64,000 nucleotides of DNA from Octopus vulgaris (GCA_951406725.2 OX597816.1:158100001-158164000), one strand, 5' to 3'. Positions 26,469-39,157 are shown, counted from the stretch's first letter. Numbers and translations are program-made. Notes: generated by a model not told the origin, from the letters alone.

Positions 26469-27319
26469 CTGAAATTTGGTGGAAGGAGGCCAGTTGATTT
26501 CATTGACCCCAATACTTGATTGGTGCTTAATTTATTAACCCTGAAAGGATGAAAGGTAAAGTCAACCTTAGTGAAATTTGAACTCAGAGTCAGAGCAGAG
26601 ACAGAGGAATTTCTGCTAAGCATTTTGTCTGGGATATGAACAATTCTGCCAGCTCACCACTTTGTTCGTTAGACAAAATAATGCCAATACAATAATATAC
26701 TGGGTAATCAATTACACACATTTCTCTCCTGCAAAAATCAATATTACTGTTGCTTGGTTGCCTGTTGTACTTCCAATGATACCTAAGAACTCTTCCAGTT
26801 ACTTGTGTAGGCGTATATAAAACAACTGCAAGCAAATAACAATGACTAAAGACAAACTCAGAGTTTTCCCTATCCACTTCATCACAGAAGTTTATTTGCA
26901 TTGATTTTTAACTTTCCCACCTTAAAACTATATCATCTTTCTTTCATTGAAGTCCATTCCTACAACAAGACATGCAACGACGGAAACAAATATTGGCTAT
27001 GGTTAGTACTGGAAATTCCCAAAAGAGGGGAGTAAATGTTTAGCTTATAAATAATGGTTTATTCGAGGGTGAATGTTTAGCTTATAAATGGTTTCAAATT
27101 TTGGCACAAGGCCAGCAATCCTAGGGAGGGGATAAGGCGATAACATGTTCAATTGTTATTTTATTGACCCTGAAAGAATGAAAGGCAAAGTCGCCCAGTA
27201 GCATTTTTGAACTCAGATGTAAAGTCAGAAGAAATGACTCTAACCATTTTTCCTGATCTGGTAATACCTCTGCCAGCTCACCACCTTATTTAGCTTATAA
27301 ATGATAATGACATATCTTT

Positions 27320-28068
27320 TACTTCTTTCAGTCACTGGACAGCAGCCATGCAGGACATTATCTTGACAAGCTTAGTCAAGCAAATCAACTCCAGTTTCTT
27401 CTGTCAACTCCTCGTTTCTTCTGTTAAACTGCTAAGTTATGAGAATGTAAACAAACCAACACCAGCTGCCAAGCAGTGGGAGAAAAGGACATTCACATAC
27501 ATACAGATATATACATGTGATGGGCTCCCACACAGTTTCCATCTACCAAATTCACTCAGGAGGTACATGTCAGCCTAAGGCTGCAGTAAAAGACACTCAC
27601 CTAAGGAGTCACACAGTGGGGCTGAACTCAAATTCACATGGTTGCAAAGCAAACTCCTTAACCACACAGCCATGCTTACACTTATAGCCAAGATGTGGCT
27701 GTGTAGTAAGTTACTTACTTACCAACAACATGGTTCCAGGTTCAGTCTCACTGTGTTGCACCTTGGGCAAGCGTCTTCTACTATAGCCTCGGGGTGACCA
27801 AAACCTTGTGAGTGGATTTGGTAGACAGAAAATGAAAGAAGCCCATCGTATACATATATATGTGTCTATGTTTGTGTGTCTGTGTTTGTCCTCCCACCAT
27901 CACTTGATAACCGAGACTAGTGTGTTTACATCCCTGTAGCTCAGTGGTTCAACAAAAGAGACCAATAGAATAAGTATTAGGTTTACAAAGAATAAGTCCT
28001 GGGGTCGATTTGTTTGACTAAAGGCGGTGCTCCAGCATGGCCACAGTCAAACGACCAAAAAGAGTAAT
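27320..28068. mobile_element. Head-to-head pair of family A SINEs (27320-27680 minus, 27690-28068 plus)
   Basis: Both match family A in opposite orientations. Confidence 0.85.
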
Positions 28069-31000
28069 ACTTAATCTTTTAGAAAGTAAAGGAAACAGTT
28101 CTACCTTGATAATTAGAACACTGAAAAATAAATTCATAGGACGTAAAATTGTGATTAATCTATAAGATTACAATTTTGATAACGTTCTAGCTACAACGAT
28201 ATAGAATTCATACTGGATCTATATCTGGAGCAAGGAATTTGGTGTCCAAGTACATGACTAGTACTTTATCTTAAATGACCCTGGAGATCTGAACTCTGAA
28301 CATAGAAACCAAAACAAATATTGCAATCATTTTGTTTGTCATTAACAGTTCTGCCAATTCACCATAATTATTATCATTATTATTCTTTTCTCCTCTAGGC
28401 ACAAGGCCCAAAATTTTTTGGGAGGAGGCCAGTCGATTAGATCGATCCCAGTGCACAAATGGTACTTGATTTATCGACCCTGGAAAGATGAAAGGCAAAG
28501 TCGACCTCAGCGGTTGAACTCAAATGTAAAGACAGACGAAATACCACTAAGTATTTCACCCAGCTCACTGCTCATTACTCTACAGCATTGCTGTTTTAAC
28601 ACAAGCATCATACAGTCTGCCCTTCACACTTAGGAAAAAGACCTAACAGCAGTTAGCAGTGGTGGTAGTTCACTGAACTTTCTCCATCCAGTTCTCACTG
28701 TGGTTGCAATCCTTTCAGAGCAACTATCTCTCTTGATAATTATATCTCCTAGGTAACAAAAGCTATCAACTACTTCTTCAAGTACTGTGTTGATATAATC
28801 AACCAATCTTTCCTCCTCTCAAAACTCAAAAGGACAGCAGGCCAAGTTGACCTAAGTGGGACGTGAACTCAGAACATAAAGAATCAAAACAAATACTGCA
28901 AGGCATTTTTACAGACATTCTAGCCATGCTGCCAATCCATGATACTTCAAATAGTGATTTCACATTTTGGTAATTTTTCAAATTTTTAGGGGGTGGGATG
29001 CAAATTGATTACATCAACCCCAGTACTTGACTGGTACTCTATTTTATTGGCCCCCACCAAAAGGATGAAAGGCAAAGTCAACCATGGAGGCATTTGAACA
29101 CAGAATGTAAAGCTGAAAGAAATGTCACTAAGCATTTTGCCTGGCATGCTAACCATTCTGCCAGAACTTTGACTTTACTTCTTACTAAATACAACAAACT
29201 ATATAAATAAGATTGAAGACTTAAAATATTTTTTATTCAACATTCCTTTATCAATGTTTACATCAATATAACAGGTTTGTCTTGCCACAGCAGTTACTAT
29301 GGGAACTACAGAGAAATGAATCGAAGCATATGTAACTAAAGGTGAAGTTCTGTATTAGAGTGTTTTCGTTTTTACCAACAACAATATACAGAGAGACAGA
29401 GAGAGAGAGGGAGAGAGAGATATTGAATGTGTTCAATATTAAGTGTAACAAAGCATTTATAAATTGACTGGAGGTATTTCAGTTGGGTGTCCTTCATAAC
29501 ACCAGCATTTGGGTAATACAGTACACATTATGTTCTAATCAATAAATGCTTGAACTTGATACATGAGAAGAGTGTTATTTCAGTCAGGAAATACTTATAC
29601 AGCTGTGATTTAAAAAATTTTTATCTATTTATTTATTCATTTACAGTGTGAGTTTTAGTATACTTCTCCAGCATGATTAAACACCAAATTCTCAAAGATA
29701 GCATGCTATTTACCAGAATGTACCCAAGAGCTTTTTTTGTGTGTTTTTTAACTCATATTTTTAATTGAGCTTGCTCTAAGAATCAGTACATTTCTAGTAC
29801 TCACTCACATGCACTATTTCAGAATGATTAATATTTTCTTAATTTCCTGCATCAACTTGTCCCAAATCAAAATAGGAATAAAATCAATTTTTTTTTTTTT
29901 TAATTTTAAATTTTGATAAAGAGAAAGAAAAACTTTGCTTTCTTTGATGTTTACAAAAATCTACAGAATATTAAATACCACTATTAAGACTGCAGTTATA
30001 TTCAGAACATTTTTTTTAAAAATCATTTTAAATAAACAAACACCAAGTAATAATTCTTATGCTTATTGTTTGCTTTCAATCAGAATTTATCACACTAATA
30101 AATTCACAAAAAAATTTTATGAGTTTATTATCACACAAATAAATTTAGCAGAAAATTGATTCTTTTCATTGAAACTAAACTATTTTTTCTACCATATTTC
30201 TGCAGAAACTTCAATAAATAGAAAAACTCATTTAAAGAAAGATGTCTAGGATTTTTTTCTTTTCTTTTCATAATGCACAATACCCAATGGGTATTATAAT
30301 TTTTTTACAAGTGATTTTAACAAAAAAAATTTCTTAAAATGACATCATGTGTTAACTTGGTGTATCTATCTAATGTTGGAACAGATACATTTACCTCCTA
30401 ACACAAAGATCTTGAGTTCAAATCTGTTGCAGGCACTTCAATCATTATAGTGTATTTAATTTTACATATCTCAGGTAAACTATTAGAAAGAGATACAAAA
30501 CCTGGGTAATATTTTTATCTGCCAAAGACAGGTATTCTAAAATACAGTATATTTAACTCTCACCTGCTCAACACATAAAACCATACAAGGTCTTAAGAGC
30601 ATAAATATTTTCTCTTTCTTTCCCTCTCTTCTCTCTCCCATTAAATTGTGTTCTTGAGAATGTAATTTAATGATAAACAGCATCTATGCAGTCACTTATC
30701 CTGCTAAAGACAGCAACCAAATCTTTCTCAAAGAGAGAGAGAGATTTGGCTGCTACCTTTAGCAGGATGAGTGACCCATTATTTCTTGAGGCGGAAAAGG
30801 AAGGAAGGACACACTAGTTAATGTAGTTTTTGGATGAATATACTGTTTGGAAATTAAAAATATGGAATGCTCATAACTGAAACATATTTTATCATAGGGC
30901 TACTGGATCAATACTAACCTGGGGCTAAACAACAATAAAAACAAGTAAAAAAAAATTGAGTCTCTACTGTTGTGTTAATATGACTGGCATGAAGAATTTT

Positions 31001-31289
31001 GACAGTAATGGCCATATTCCAAGAAAGATTATAGCAGCTAATACAGTCGCAATCCAAGTCATATATATATATCTAATAATCTGCAGTAAATCATACTCAA
31101 AAGTAGTGAAACAGCAAAGTTATTGAAGTATTGGAAAACCAAATCTTATGTCTAAATCCATTGTAGATATATTTAGTTATGCATTTGGTAAATGCTCTTA
31201 ATTCAAAGTATTAAAGTTCATTTAGCTGTTAAGAATAAGTTCCAAGCCTTCTGAAATAGCTGATGTCCTGATTATCCATTGAGGATATC

Positions 31290-31710
31290 AAGCATAGCTC
31301 TGTGGTTAAGAAGGTTGCTTCCCAACCACATAGTTTTGGGTTCATTCCCACTGTTAGGTACCTTGGGCAAGTGTCTTCTACTAAAGACATAGGTCAACTG
31401 AAGTTTTGTCAGTGGATTTTCTAAGTAAAACCTGGAAAAGCCTGCTACGTGCATATGTGTATTTGTGCCTCCTTGTCTTGACCTCATGTGATAGCTGTAA
31501 ACGAATGTCATTGACATACTGTCATACAAGCAGTGGCAGTCATTCCAAATTTCCCATGGAAAACATGTCTGGTCATGGAGAAATAGAATCTTGCTTTGAA
31601 ACAAGTGAAGGTTGGCAACAGCCATAGAAAATCTGCCACAACAAATTCCATCTGACCCATGCAAGCATGGAAAAAGTGATTGCAAAAACAATGATGATGA
31701 TGATGATGAC
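31290..31710 (+). mobile_element. Chimeric SINE A2: family A tRNA head + distinct body + RTE-like 3' tail; minus copies at ~8155-8540, 10930-11155, 19940-20310
   Basis: Head TGTGGTTAAGAAGGTTGCTTCCCAACCAC; tail CCCATGCAAGCATGGAAAA...(GAT)n. Confidence 0.75.
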
Positions 31711-32289
31711 ATTTATCAGTTGATCATTTAATGCCAGGAAGCCAAATCTAAGTATGGGTCCTTAAAAAATTATTTAGGTCTGCAAAGGTCACAGACACTG
31801 CTCCTCTTCTGACTAATTTACTAAGTAGAACATGCCATCTACTTCACTCTGCTTTTATACCCAGGATTTTAGATAAGACTGAAACCCAGATAATTTGAAT
31901 TGCTTTATTAATCTGAACCCAATTAAATTAATTGAGAGTTGATAAAGAAAAAGATATCATCATACCAATAAAAAAGTATTGGTATGTTGGTATCAGAATA
32001 TTTTAAGCATACAATCAAATGGAAATTGTAGTTGGATACCTGCACATAAAAAGCACCAACCAATCGTGACCGTTTCCAGCCTCCCCTGGCACATAAAAAG
32101 TGCCAACTACACTCACAGAGTGGTTGGCATTAGGAAGGGTATCCAGTTGTAGAAACACTGCAAGATCAGACTGGAGCTTGGTGCAGCCTCCAGGCTTCCC
32201 AGACCTGGTCGAACCGTCCAACTCATGCTAGCATGGAAAACAGATGTTAAACAATGATGATGATGAACTTAAATGTTTTAAAATGTTTA

Positions 32290-32494
32290 AAAGCTATACT
32301 CGACCCAAACATTCTACTTGTCTTATGCTCAAACTGGCCAGATCCAGCATCTCACACTTACCCTACAATATCATTCTAGAAATATACAATATCATCATCA
32401 AAATCTCAAAGCCGAGATAATACATGATTAATTGAAAGCAATGTGAATAAACAAGCTTTACATTTTCAGAGTAATCTAAATGCTAAAGTGTTAA
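32290..32494 (+). mobile_element. Second TTAA-type MITE family; inverted copy at ~55655-55864, fragment at ~16765-16803
   Basis: Ends AGAGTAATCTAAATGCTAAAGTGTTAA; the body matches 55.7-55.8 kb in reverse. Confidence 0.65.
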
Positions 32495-33054
32495 AAAGGT
32501 ACAATCATAATCTATTGTAAATTCTAGGGTCTAGATCCAACAGCAAAATAGGCCAAAAAAGATGAGGGACTCAGGTTTAAGAATAACTTTTTTCTATCTT
32601 CTGATTCAAACACAAACCTTTTGTTACTTATAGCGTTCATTCTCTTTACAGCACTAATCCACAACTAAACATTGTACTCATTTATTACTACAAATACATG
32701 AGCTGAGCCTAGTAGATATTTAGCATGTTGACCACAGACTCAGTGTTCCTCAGTTGATGGTATTATGGATGGTGCTGCTCAGCTGTAATTCCTTACATGT
32801 CTTGTAATTGTACATCAGAATGGAAACATGAACTGTTATCTTCCATTTCAAAATACTGTATTGATTCTACTGTATATGACCAGAAAAAGTAATAAGGAAT
32901 TTAAGACTTCTTCCCACCGCCAGTGTGTGATCTATTACTATGAGCTGGCATGAAAAATCTTGTGTAAAATTAGTAGAATATGACCCTAAAATCTATAAAT
33001 CCTGATAGTAGTGAGTTAAAAAGATGCTGGGCAACATGAAATGTACAAGTAGAC

Positions 33055-33283
33055 CTAAACACACACACATATATATACACACACACACATACATCTACAC
33101 AAACACACACATATATATATACACATACACACATATATATATACACATACACATATATAAACACATATATAAACAAATGTACACATACACACATCTACAC
33201 ACATGCACATGCGCACGCACACACATACACACATCTACACACATGCACATGCACACACACATATACACATCTACACACACAAG

Positions 33284-33314
<31 letters not shown>

Positions 33315-33432
33315 ACATCTACACACACATGAGCACACACACACACACATACACACACACACACACATACACACCTACACGCACACACACATACATACAT
33401 ACACACACACACACATACATACACACACTCAC
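33055..33432. repeat. Compound (CA)n/(TA)n microsatellite
   Basis: Directly visible. Confidence 0.95.
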
Positions 33433-34604
33433 ATGTTCAGACCTAGATGTTTCCACATAAATTTACATGTCAATGAAATTGTGGGAGCCGCACACTGCCA
33501 TGTACAAGAGTGTTAAGACGAAACTAGTATTAATGTTGAATAGTCTGATCTTTATATTGGATTCCAGCCGATAATAAACCCTGCTTAATCAAGTCCAAAA
33601 CTTATTAAGAACTAACACTGCCACAGTTTACAGTTTGATTTGTATAGGGTCTAGGAATGGGGCAAGAACGGAGGTTGTAAGATCAAAGAAAATAATGAAA
33701 AAAAGTGATTTATCCAAAAGAAAATAAAGACAGCAATAATAATAATAAAAGAAACAAATTAGATGAGATGAATAACTACTGCAGATCAAAATAGAATTAG
33801 TATAAGTGTTGTAAGAGATTAGGGAGATGATATATTTAACTAGCACAGATAATGACTGTACAGGGACCTTATTTCATGGAGAATATCCTATAGAGAGGAG
33901 TAGTACACATCGGAAAGAGAATTTTTCTATTGCAAATTGACTGAAAATACAGCAGTGATCTCATCATTTAAGTATCTGCATGCTTCTACTGTTGTTTTCA
34001 AGTAGCATAATGCTATGGGAAAGTGAACACTCACGTTCTACAAATAAATCAGTTACACAAATGTGACAGTTGCCTAAAATTTAACTGTCATTTCTGATCT
34101 ATAGTAACATGTCTCGAAATTGTACCAATCTGCTCAATATCCTATACAAAAAAAAAAAGGAGGGGGGATTTTGTAGCTGAGTTGTTAATGTTGCAGCAAG
34201 CCAAGGTCTTCTATCATTTGAATCTCTGCCATATCAAATATTTTAATTCTTAGAACAATACAAAGTTAAAAATCAGATGACCGAGATATGATAAATGATC
34301 CAATAATAATAATACTGTACTTATAACGAAATATAAGAAACTATCATATTGACCACAAACGTATTATTACTTTGTTTGTTGTTTGAAAACTACTGGCGCT
34401 ATGTATACTATTCCAACACTATTAATTGAAGCTGACACTGCAACTGTGTGAGTTTTGTGAAGTACATCAGAATAGAAAGAATGTTTACAGATGAAGAATG
34501 GCAATTATTTGGAATATAATTGATTATCATAGGCACAAGGGCTCGAATTTACGAGATTGGTATAATCAATTATATTAACACCAATACTTGACCTGCACTT
34601 TTAC

Positions 34605-34830
34605 ACATTTCAGTCATTTGACTGTGGCCATGCTGGAGCACCGTCTTTAGTCAAAGAAATCGACCCCAGGACTTATTCTTTGTAAGCCTAGCATTTATTG
34701 ATCTTTTTTTGCCAAACCACTAAGTTTCAGGGACATAAACACACCAACATCAGTTGTCAAGCAATGATGGGGGTGGTGGACAAACACAGACAGAAAGACA
34801 CACACAAATATATACATACATATATATATG
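34605..34830 (-). mobile_element. 3' half of a family A SINE whose 5' half lies at 39160-39330
   Basis: The two halves join into one consensus copy across its internal (TA)n. Confidence 0.85.
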
Positions 34831-35517
34831 ACCGAACGCACGCGTTATTTCTCTTCTCCAAGTAAGTTTTTATTTGAATAATCATGACGCGCACTCTTTG
34901 ACCTTTCCTCCCTGCCTGTCTGTCTTCCTCTCTTTGTCTCTCTCCTTCTTATTTTTCACCCTTTCTGGTTTCTTTTCCCCTCTCCCTCTCTCTCCTCCTC
35001 CTGACCAGAGGGCTGCTAAAACTTTCTTTCAGCTTCGTGCTTCAACAAGTATAGATCGACTTCTGTCCTTTGTAAGCGATTTTTCACATGCGTTCTAACT
35101 AATTTTTCCACCGTCCAGGCAAAAAAAGCCCTTATTGTTGGTTCCCTGTCCTGTTTCTTTATTTGTACTGTTTTTTCTTCATTTGTATTGTTTTTTCTTC
35201 ATTTGTATTGCTTTTACATCCTGTTTTTGTCACTTGTTTTACTCCTCTGAAAAAGAAATTTATTTAATTCCTTTTGCAGGAAGGACTGCTTGGGCCTGGC
35301 TGTATTCTGCCCTTACCTTCGAAACATGCATTGAGTCGAACCAGGGGCAGCTGATGAAGGGGAATTTTCCTTGTATTGTTTGTCCTGTACTCTGTTTTTG
35401 CGTTGTTTAAAAAAAGTCCGTTTCCTTGTTTTTTCGTTGTTAAAAAAAAGTCCGTTTCCTTGTTTGATTTTGTTTTCGTCTCTCGTTGTGTTCTACGTTT
35501 ATTTGTGGTGCCCTGTA

Positions 35518-35520
<3 letters not shown>
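34831..35520 (+). mobile_element. Unclassified pyrimidine-rich repeat, possibly a Penelope-type pLTR
   Basis: Inserted within the SINE; CTGAAAAAG...CTTCGAAAC and CTGATGAAG motifs; short internal duplications. Confidence 0.45.
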
Positions 35521-35555
<35 letters not shown>

Positions 35556-35590
35556 TGTATATATACATGTAGATGTAAGTATGTACATAT

Positions 35591-38500
35591 ATGTATGTAT
35601 ATATGCATATATATTTTATTAATTTATTATATTATTATATATATATATACCACGAAAACTATCACCACCACTACAACCCTCCTCTTCTCAAGCGCCGAAT
35701 CCCCCCTGTCCCCCCCACATCTCCTTCCCAGTTTTTCAGAGTTGGCACTATCAATGTTGGTACATTGACAGGCAAGTCTAGTGAGATTGTAGAGATGCTA
35801 GAGAGAAGACAGGTTGATGTATGCTGCATACAAGAGGTAAGATGGAGAGATGCTTCGGCTAGGGTCCTCACGGGCAAGGCACTTAGATACAAACTCTACT
35901 GGCAAGGTAACGCGGAAGGTGTAGGGGGTGTAGGCATTCTCCTTGCGGAGGAATGGGTGGATAAGGTCATAGAGGTTGTCAGGGTTTGTGATAGAGTGCT
36001 TAAGCTCAGGTTGGTCCTACAGAGTGGCACAGCTATGATTATCTCAGCCTATGCCCCACAAGCGGGACTACCAAATGATCAGAAGGACAACTTTTATGAT
36101 ACCCTTCTGCAGGCTACTTCAAAGACTAGTAACAAGGACCTCATCTTTGTAGGTGGAGATTTTAACGGGCATGTTGGGCGGGAATCGGGTATCTTCACTG
36201 GGGTACATGGTGGATATGGTATTGGCACCAGAAACGATGAGGGAACTAGACTACTGGAATTCTGTGATGCATGTAACCTTTCAATCTGCAACACTAACTT
36301 CAAGAAGCCAGTCTGCCACCTTATAACTTATCAGTCAGGAGACTCCGCTAGCCAAATAGACTTCATCCTCACCAGACAACGGGATGCAGGGTTGCTCTTG
36401 AATACAAAGACCCTCCCGGGTGAAGAATGTATCCCTCAGCATAGACTAATCATCAGTGACTTTAAGCTTGAGGCCAGAAGGACTCCAAGAAACAAACCAA
36501 TCCAGAAAAGAAGGATTTGGAGGCTAAAGAACCCTTCGCATGGTCAGAAATTTAGGGACATACTCATCAAGAAATTTGATGAGAGGCAAGAGGAGCTTCA
36601 GATGTCAGACATAGAAGGTAGCTGGGAATTCCTACGGGACAGCTTGTTGAGTGCCACAGACCAAGTTTGTGGATGGTGCAAAGTCCCTTCCAGACCTAGA
36701 ATTACGTGGTGGTGGAATAGTGCAGTAGATAAAGCCATCTGTGAAAAGAGACGGGCCTGGAAAGCCTGGAAGGAGGGGGGCAGCAGGGAACTGTACCAGA
36801 TAGCCAAAAGGGAGGCTGGGCGGCAGGTATACATTGCCAAAGATGTAGCAGAAAAGAAGAAGTTTGCCAATGTCCAGCGTCGCGAGGATCAAAGAGCTGA
36901 AGTATTTCGGATTGCCAGACAGTGTGTCAGAGAAAATAGCGATGTTATAGGAGAGAAATGTGTCCGCATGGATGATGGGGCACTTGCTTTTACTACTAGT
37001 GAAAAGAAAGAGGCTTGGAGAAGCCATTATGAAAGACTGCTAAATGAGGAGAATGAATGGGAGGAGGAGAGCCTGCCAAATGTTGACCCAGTAGAGGGAC
37101 CAGCTACCCGAATAGACAGCTCCCTTGTAGATAAGGCAATTAAGGATATGAAACCAGGCAAAGCCCCTGGCCTATCAGGAATCACTGCTGAGATGCTTAA
37201 AACAGCTGGCTATGTGGGCCATGCCATAGTCACCCGCATTGTAAACCAGGTAGTTCACAATGGAGCCATACCCAATGACTGGTGCAGCAGTACCATAGTC
37301 AACTGCTACAAGGGTAAGGGTGATGCTCTAGATAGAAATAACTACAGAGGTATCAAACTGTTGGACCAGGTGATGAAGGTCTCAGAGAAGGTCATAACCA
37401 ATCTCATTAGGGAGAGAATTTGTTTAGATGAAATGCAGTTCGGTTTTGTACCAGGTAGAAGCACCACTGATGCTATACTCCTGGTCCGACAACTGCAGGA
37501 GAAGTACCTAGCTAAAGATAAACCCCTCTACATAGCTTTTGTAGACTTGGAGAAAGCCTTTGACAGGGTTCCCCGTTCCCTTATCTGGTGGTCGATGCGG
37601 AAACTGGAGATTGAAGAATGGCTAATAAGGGCTGTACAGGCTCTATACAGAGAGGCTGTTAGCAAGGTTAGGATTGGCAACGAATATAGTGAAGAATTCC
37701 GAGTAGAAGTAGGTGTGCACCAGGGCTCAGCCCTCAGTCCCCTTTTGTTCATCATAGTACTTCAAGCAATAACAGAGGAATTCAAAACGGGATGCCCCTG
37801 GGAGCTCCTCTATGCCGATGACCTAGCTCTCATAGCAGAATCACTACCGGAACTAGAAGAGAAATTTCGGGTATGGAAGCAAGGGTTGGAATCAAAGGGC
37901 CTTAGAATAAATGTAGCAAAGACCAAAGTATTAGTAAGCAGCAAGAGGTACTCAACACACATCCCCTCGGGTAGGTGGCCCTGCTCAACCTGTAGGAAAG
38001 GTACAGGTAGAAACTCCATAAGATGCACCCAATGTAAGTTATGGACACATAAGAGGTGCAGCAACATTAAAGGGAAATTAACAGATAAGATAGCTTTCAT
38101 GTGCGGCAGATGCACAGGGACAATAGACACAACAGACACTCAGAAAACAGATTCCATCACACTCCAGGGAGAGAAACTAGAAGTAGTTGATAGTTTCCGC
38201 TACCTGGGAGACCAAGTTAGTAGCGGAGGTGGATGCACAGAGAGTATCACCACTAGAATACGAATAGCCTGGGCAAAGTTCAGAAAGCTCCTACCCCTAC
38301 TGGCAACAAAAGGCCTCTCCCTCAGAGCAAAAGGTAGATTATATGATGCATGTGTGCGAACTGCCATGCTTCACGGTAATGAAACATGGGCTGTGACTGC
38401 AGAAGACATGCGTAGACTTGAAAGAAATGAAGCTAGCATGATCCGCTGGATGTGTAGTGTCAGTGTGCACGCAAAACAGAGTGTAAGTATCCTGAGAGAA

Positions 38501-38740
38501 ATGCTGGATATAAGAAGCATCAGATGTGGTGTGCAAGAGCGACGCTTGCGATGGTATGGTCATGTGCTGCGGATGGATGAAGAGAGATGTGTGAAGAAGT
38601 GCCACTCCCAAACAGTTGAAGGTATCAGGGGAGAGGTAGACCCAGGAAGACATGGGATGAGGTGGTCAAGCATGACCTCAGAGCATTGGGCCTCACTGAG
38701 GCAATGGCGAAGGACCGAGATCTCTGGAGATATGCTGTGA
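35591..38740 (+). CDS. RTE-clade non-LTR retrotransposon ORF (APE endonuclease + reverse transcriptase + internal PHD-like zinc finger); first ~20 codons are flanking (TA)n microsatellite
   Basis: APE motifs RVGTINVGTL, CCIQEVRW, SAYAPQ, GGDFNGHVG, QIDFIL, QHRLII; RT motifs FVDLEKAFDRVPR, GVHQGSALSPLLF, LYADDL, FRYLG; RTE-type C-terminus RRLRWYGHVLRM. Confidence 0.96.
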   Translation: MYVYMHIYFINLLYYYIYIYHENYHHHYNPPLLKRRIPPVPPTSPSQFFRVGTINVGTLTGKSSEIVEMLERRQVDVCCIQEVRWRDASARVLTGKALRYKLYWQGNAEGVGGVGILLAEEWVDKVIEVVRVCDRVLKLRLVLQSGTAMIISAYAPQAGLPNDQKDNFYDTLLQATSKTSNKDLIFVGGDFNGHVGRESGIFTGVHGGYGIGTRNDEGTRLLEFCDACNLSICNTNFKKPVCHLITYQSGDSASQIDFILTRQRDAGLLLNTKTLPGEECIPQHRLIISDFKLEARRTPRNKPIQKRRIWRLKNPSHGQKFRDILIKKFDERQEELQMSDIEGSWEFLRDSLLSATDQVCGWCKVPSRPRITWWWNSAVDKAICEKRRAWKAWKEGGSRELYQIAKREAGRQVYIAKDVAEKKKFANVQRREDQRAEVFRIARQCVRENSDVIGEKCVRMDDGALAFTTSEKKEAWRSHYERLLNEENEWEEESLPNVDPVEGPATRIDSSLVDKAIKDMKPGKAPGLSGITAEMLKTAGYVGHAIVTRIVNQVVHNGAIPNDWCSSTIVNCYKGKGDALDRNNYRGIKLLDQVMKVSEKVITNLIRERICLDEMQFGFVPGRSTTDAILLVRQLQEKYLAKDKPLYIAFVDLEKAFDRVPRSLIWWSMRKLEIEEWLIRAVQALYREAVSKVRIGNEYSEEFRVEVGVHQGSALSPLLFIIVLQAITEEFKTGCPWELLYADDLALIAESLPELEEKFRVWKQGLESKGLRINVAKTKVLVSSKRYSTHIPSGRWPCSTCRKGTGRNSIRCTQCKLWTHKRCSNIKGKLTDKIAFMCGRCTGTIDTTDTQKTDSITLQGEKLEVVDSFRYLGDQVSSGGGCTESITTRIRIAWAKFRKLLPLLATKGLSLRAKGRLYDACVRTAMLHGNETWAVTAEDMRRLERNEASMIRWMCSVSVHAKQSVSILREMLDIRSIRCGVQERRLRWYGHVLRMDEERCVKKCHSQTVEGIRGEVDPGRHGMRWSSMTSEHWASLRQWRRTEISGDML

Positions 38741-39157
38741 CTACAAAGACCCGGGCTGCTTTCTGCAGCAATTCCACATACCCCCTACCCATTCTAAGTA
38801 CCCCCCTACCCATTCTAAGTACCCCGGATCCCCAAAGTACCCCGGATCCCCAAAATACCCCAATCCCCAAAGTACCCCGGACCTCGTTGCCCCCGTGCCG
38901 CTGACACGTTAAAATGCTCGAATCCGATCGTGACGATGCCGGACCCTCCGGCCCCTGTGCAGGTGGCACGTAAAAAAGCACCCAATCCACTCACGGAGTG
39001 GTTGGCGTTAGGAAGGGCATCCAGCCGTAGAAACTCTGCCAGATTCAGACTGGAGCCTGGAGCGGCCCCTGGCTTCCCAGACCCGGTCAAACCGTCCAAC
39101 CCGTGCTAGCGCGGAAAGCGGACGTTAAACGATGATGATGATGATGATGATGATGAT
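35648..39157 (+). mobile_element. Near full-length RTE LINE, probably 5'-truncated, with 3' UTR and (GAT)n tail
   Basis: ORF above; 3' UTR GTTGGCGTTAGGAAGGGCATCCAGCCGTAGAAA...GGACGTTAAAC(GAT)n; both ends lie in (TA)n. Confidence 0.93.
38633..38904 (+). pseudogene. Frameshifted true C-terminus of the RTE ORF (RGRPRKTWDEVVKHDLRALGLTEAMAKDRDLWRYAV...)
   Basis: The canonical RTE motif RGRPRKTW is in a different frame after GGTATCAGGGGAGAGGTAGA, implying a 1-nt deletion near 38632. Confidence 0.85.

Noticed and set aside
35591-35650. Annotated ATG start of the 1049-aa ORF
   Set aside because: It lies in flanking (TA)n-rich sequence; the element's own start is probably missing
35671-38653. Antisense ORFs within the LINE
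   Set aside because: Shadow frames of the RTE coding strand with no motifs
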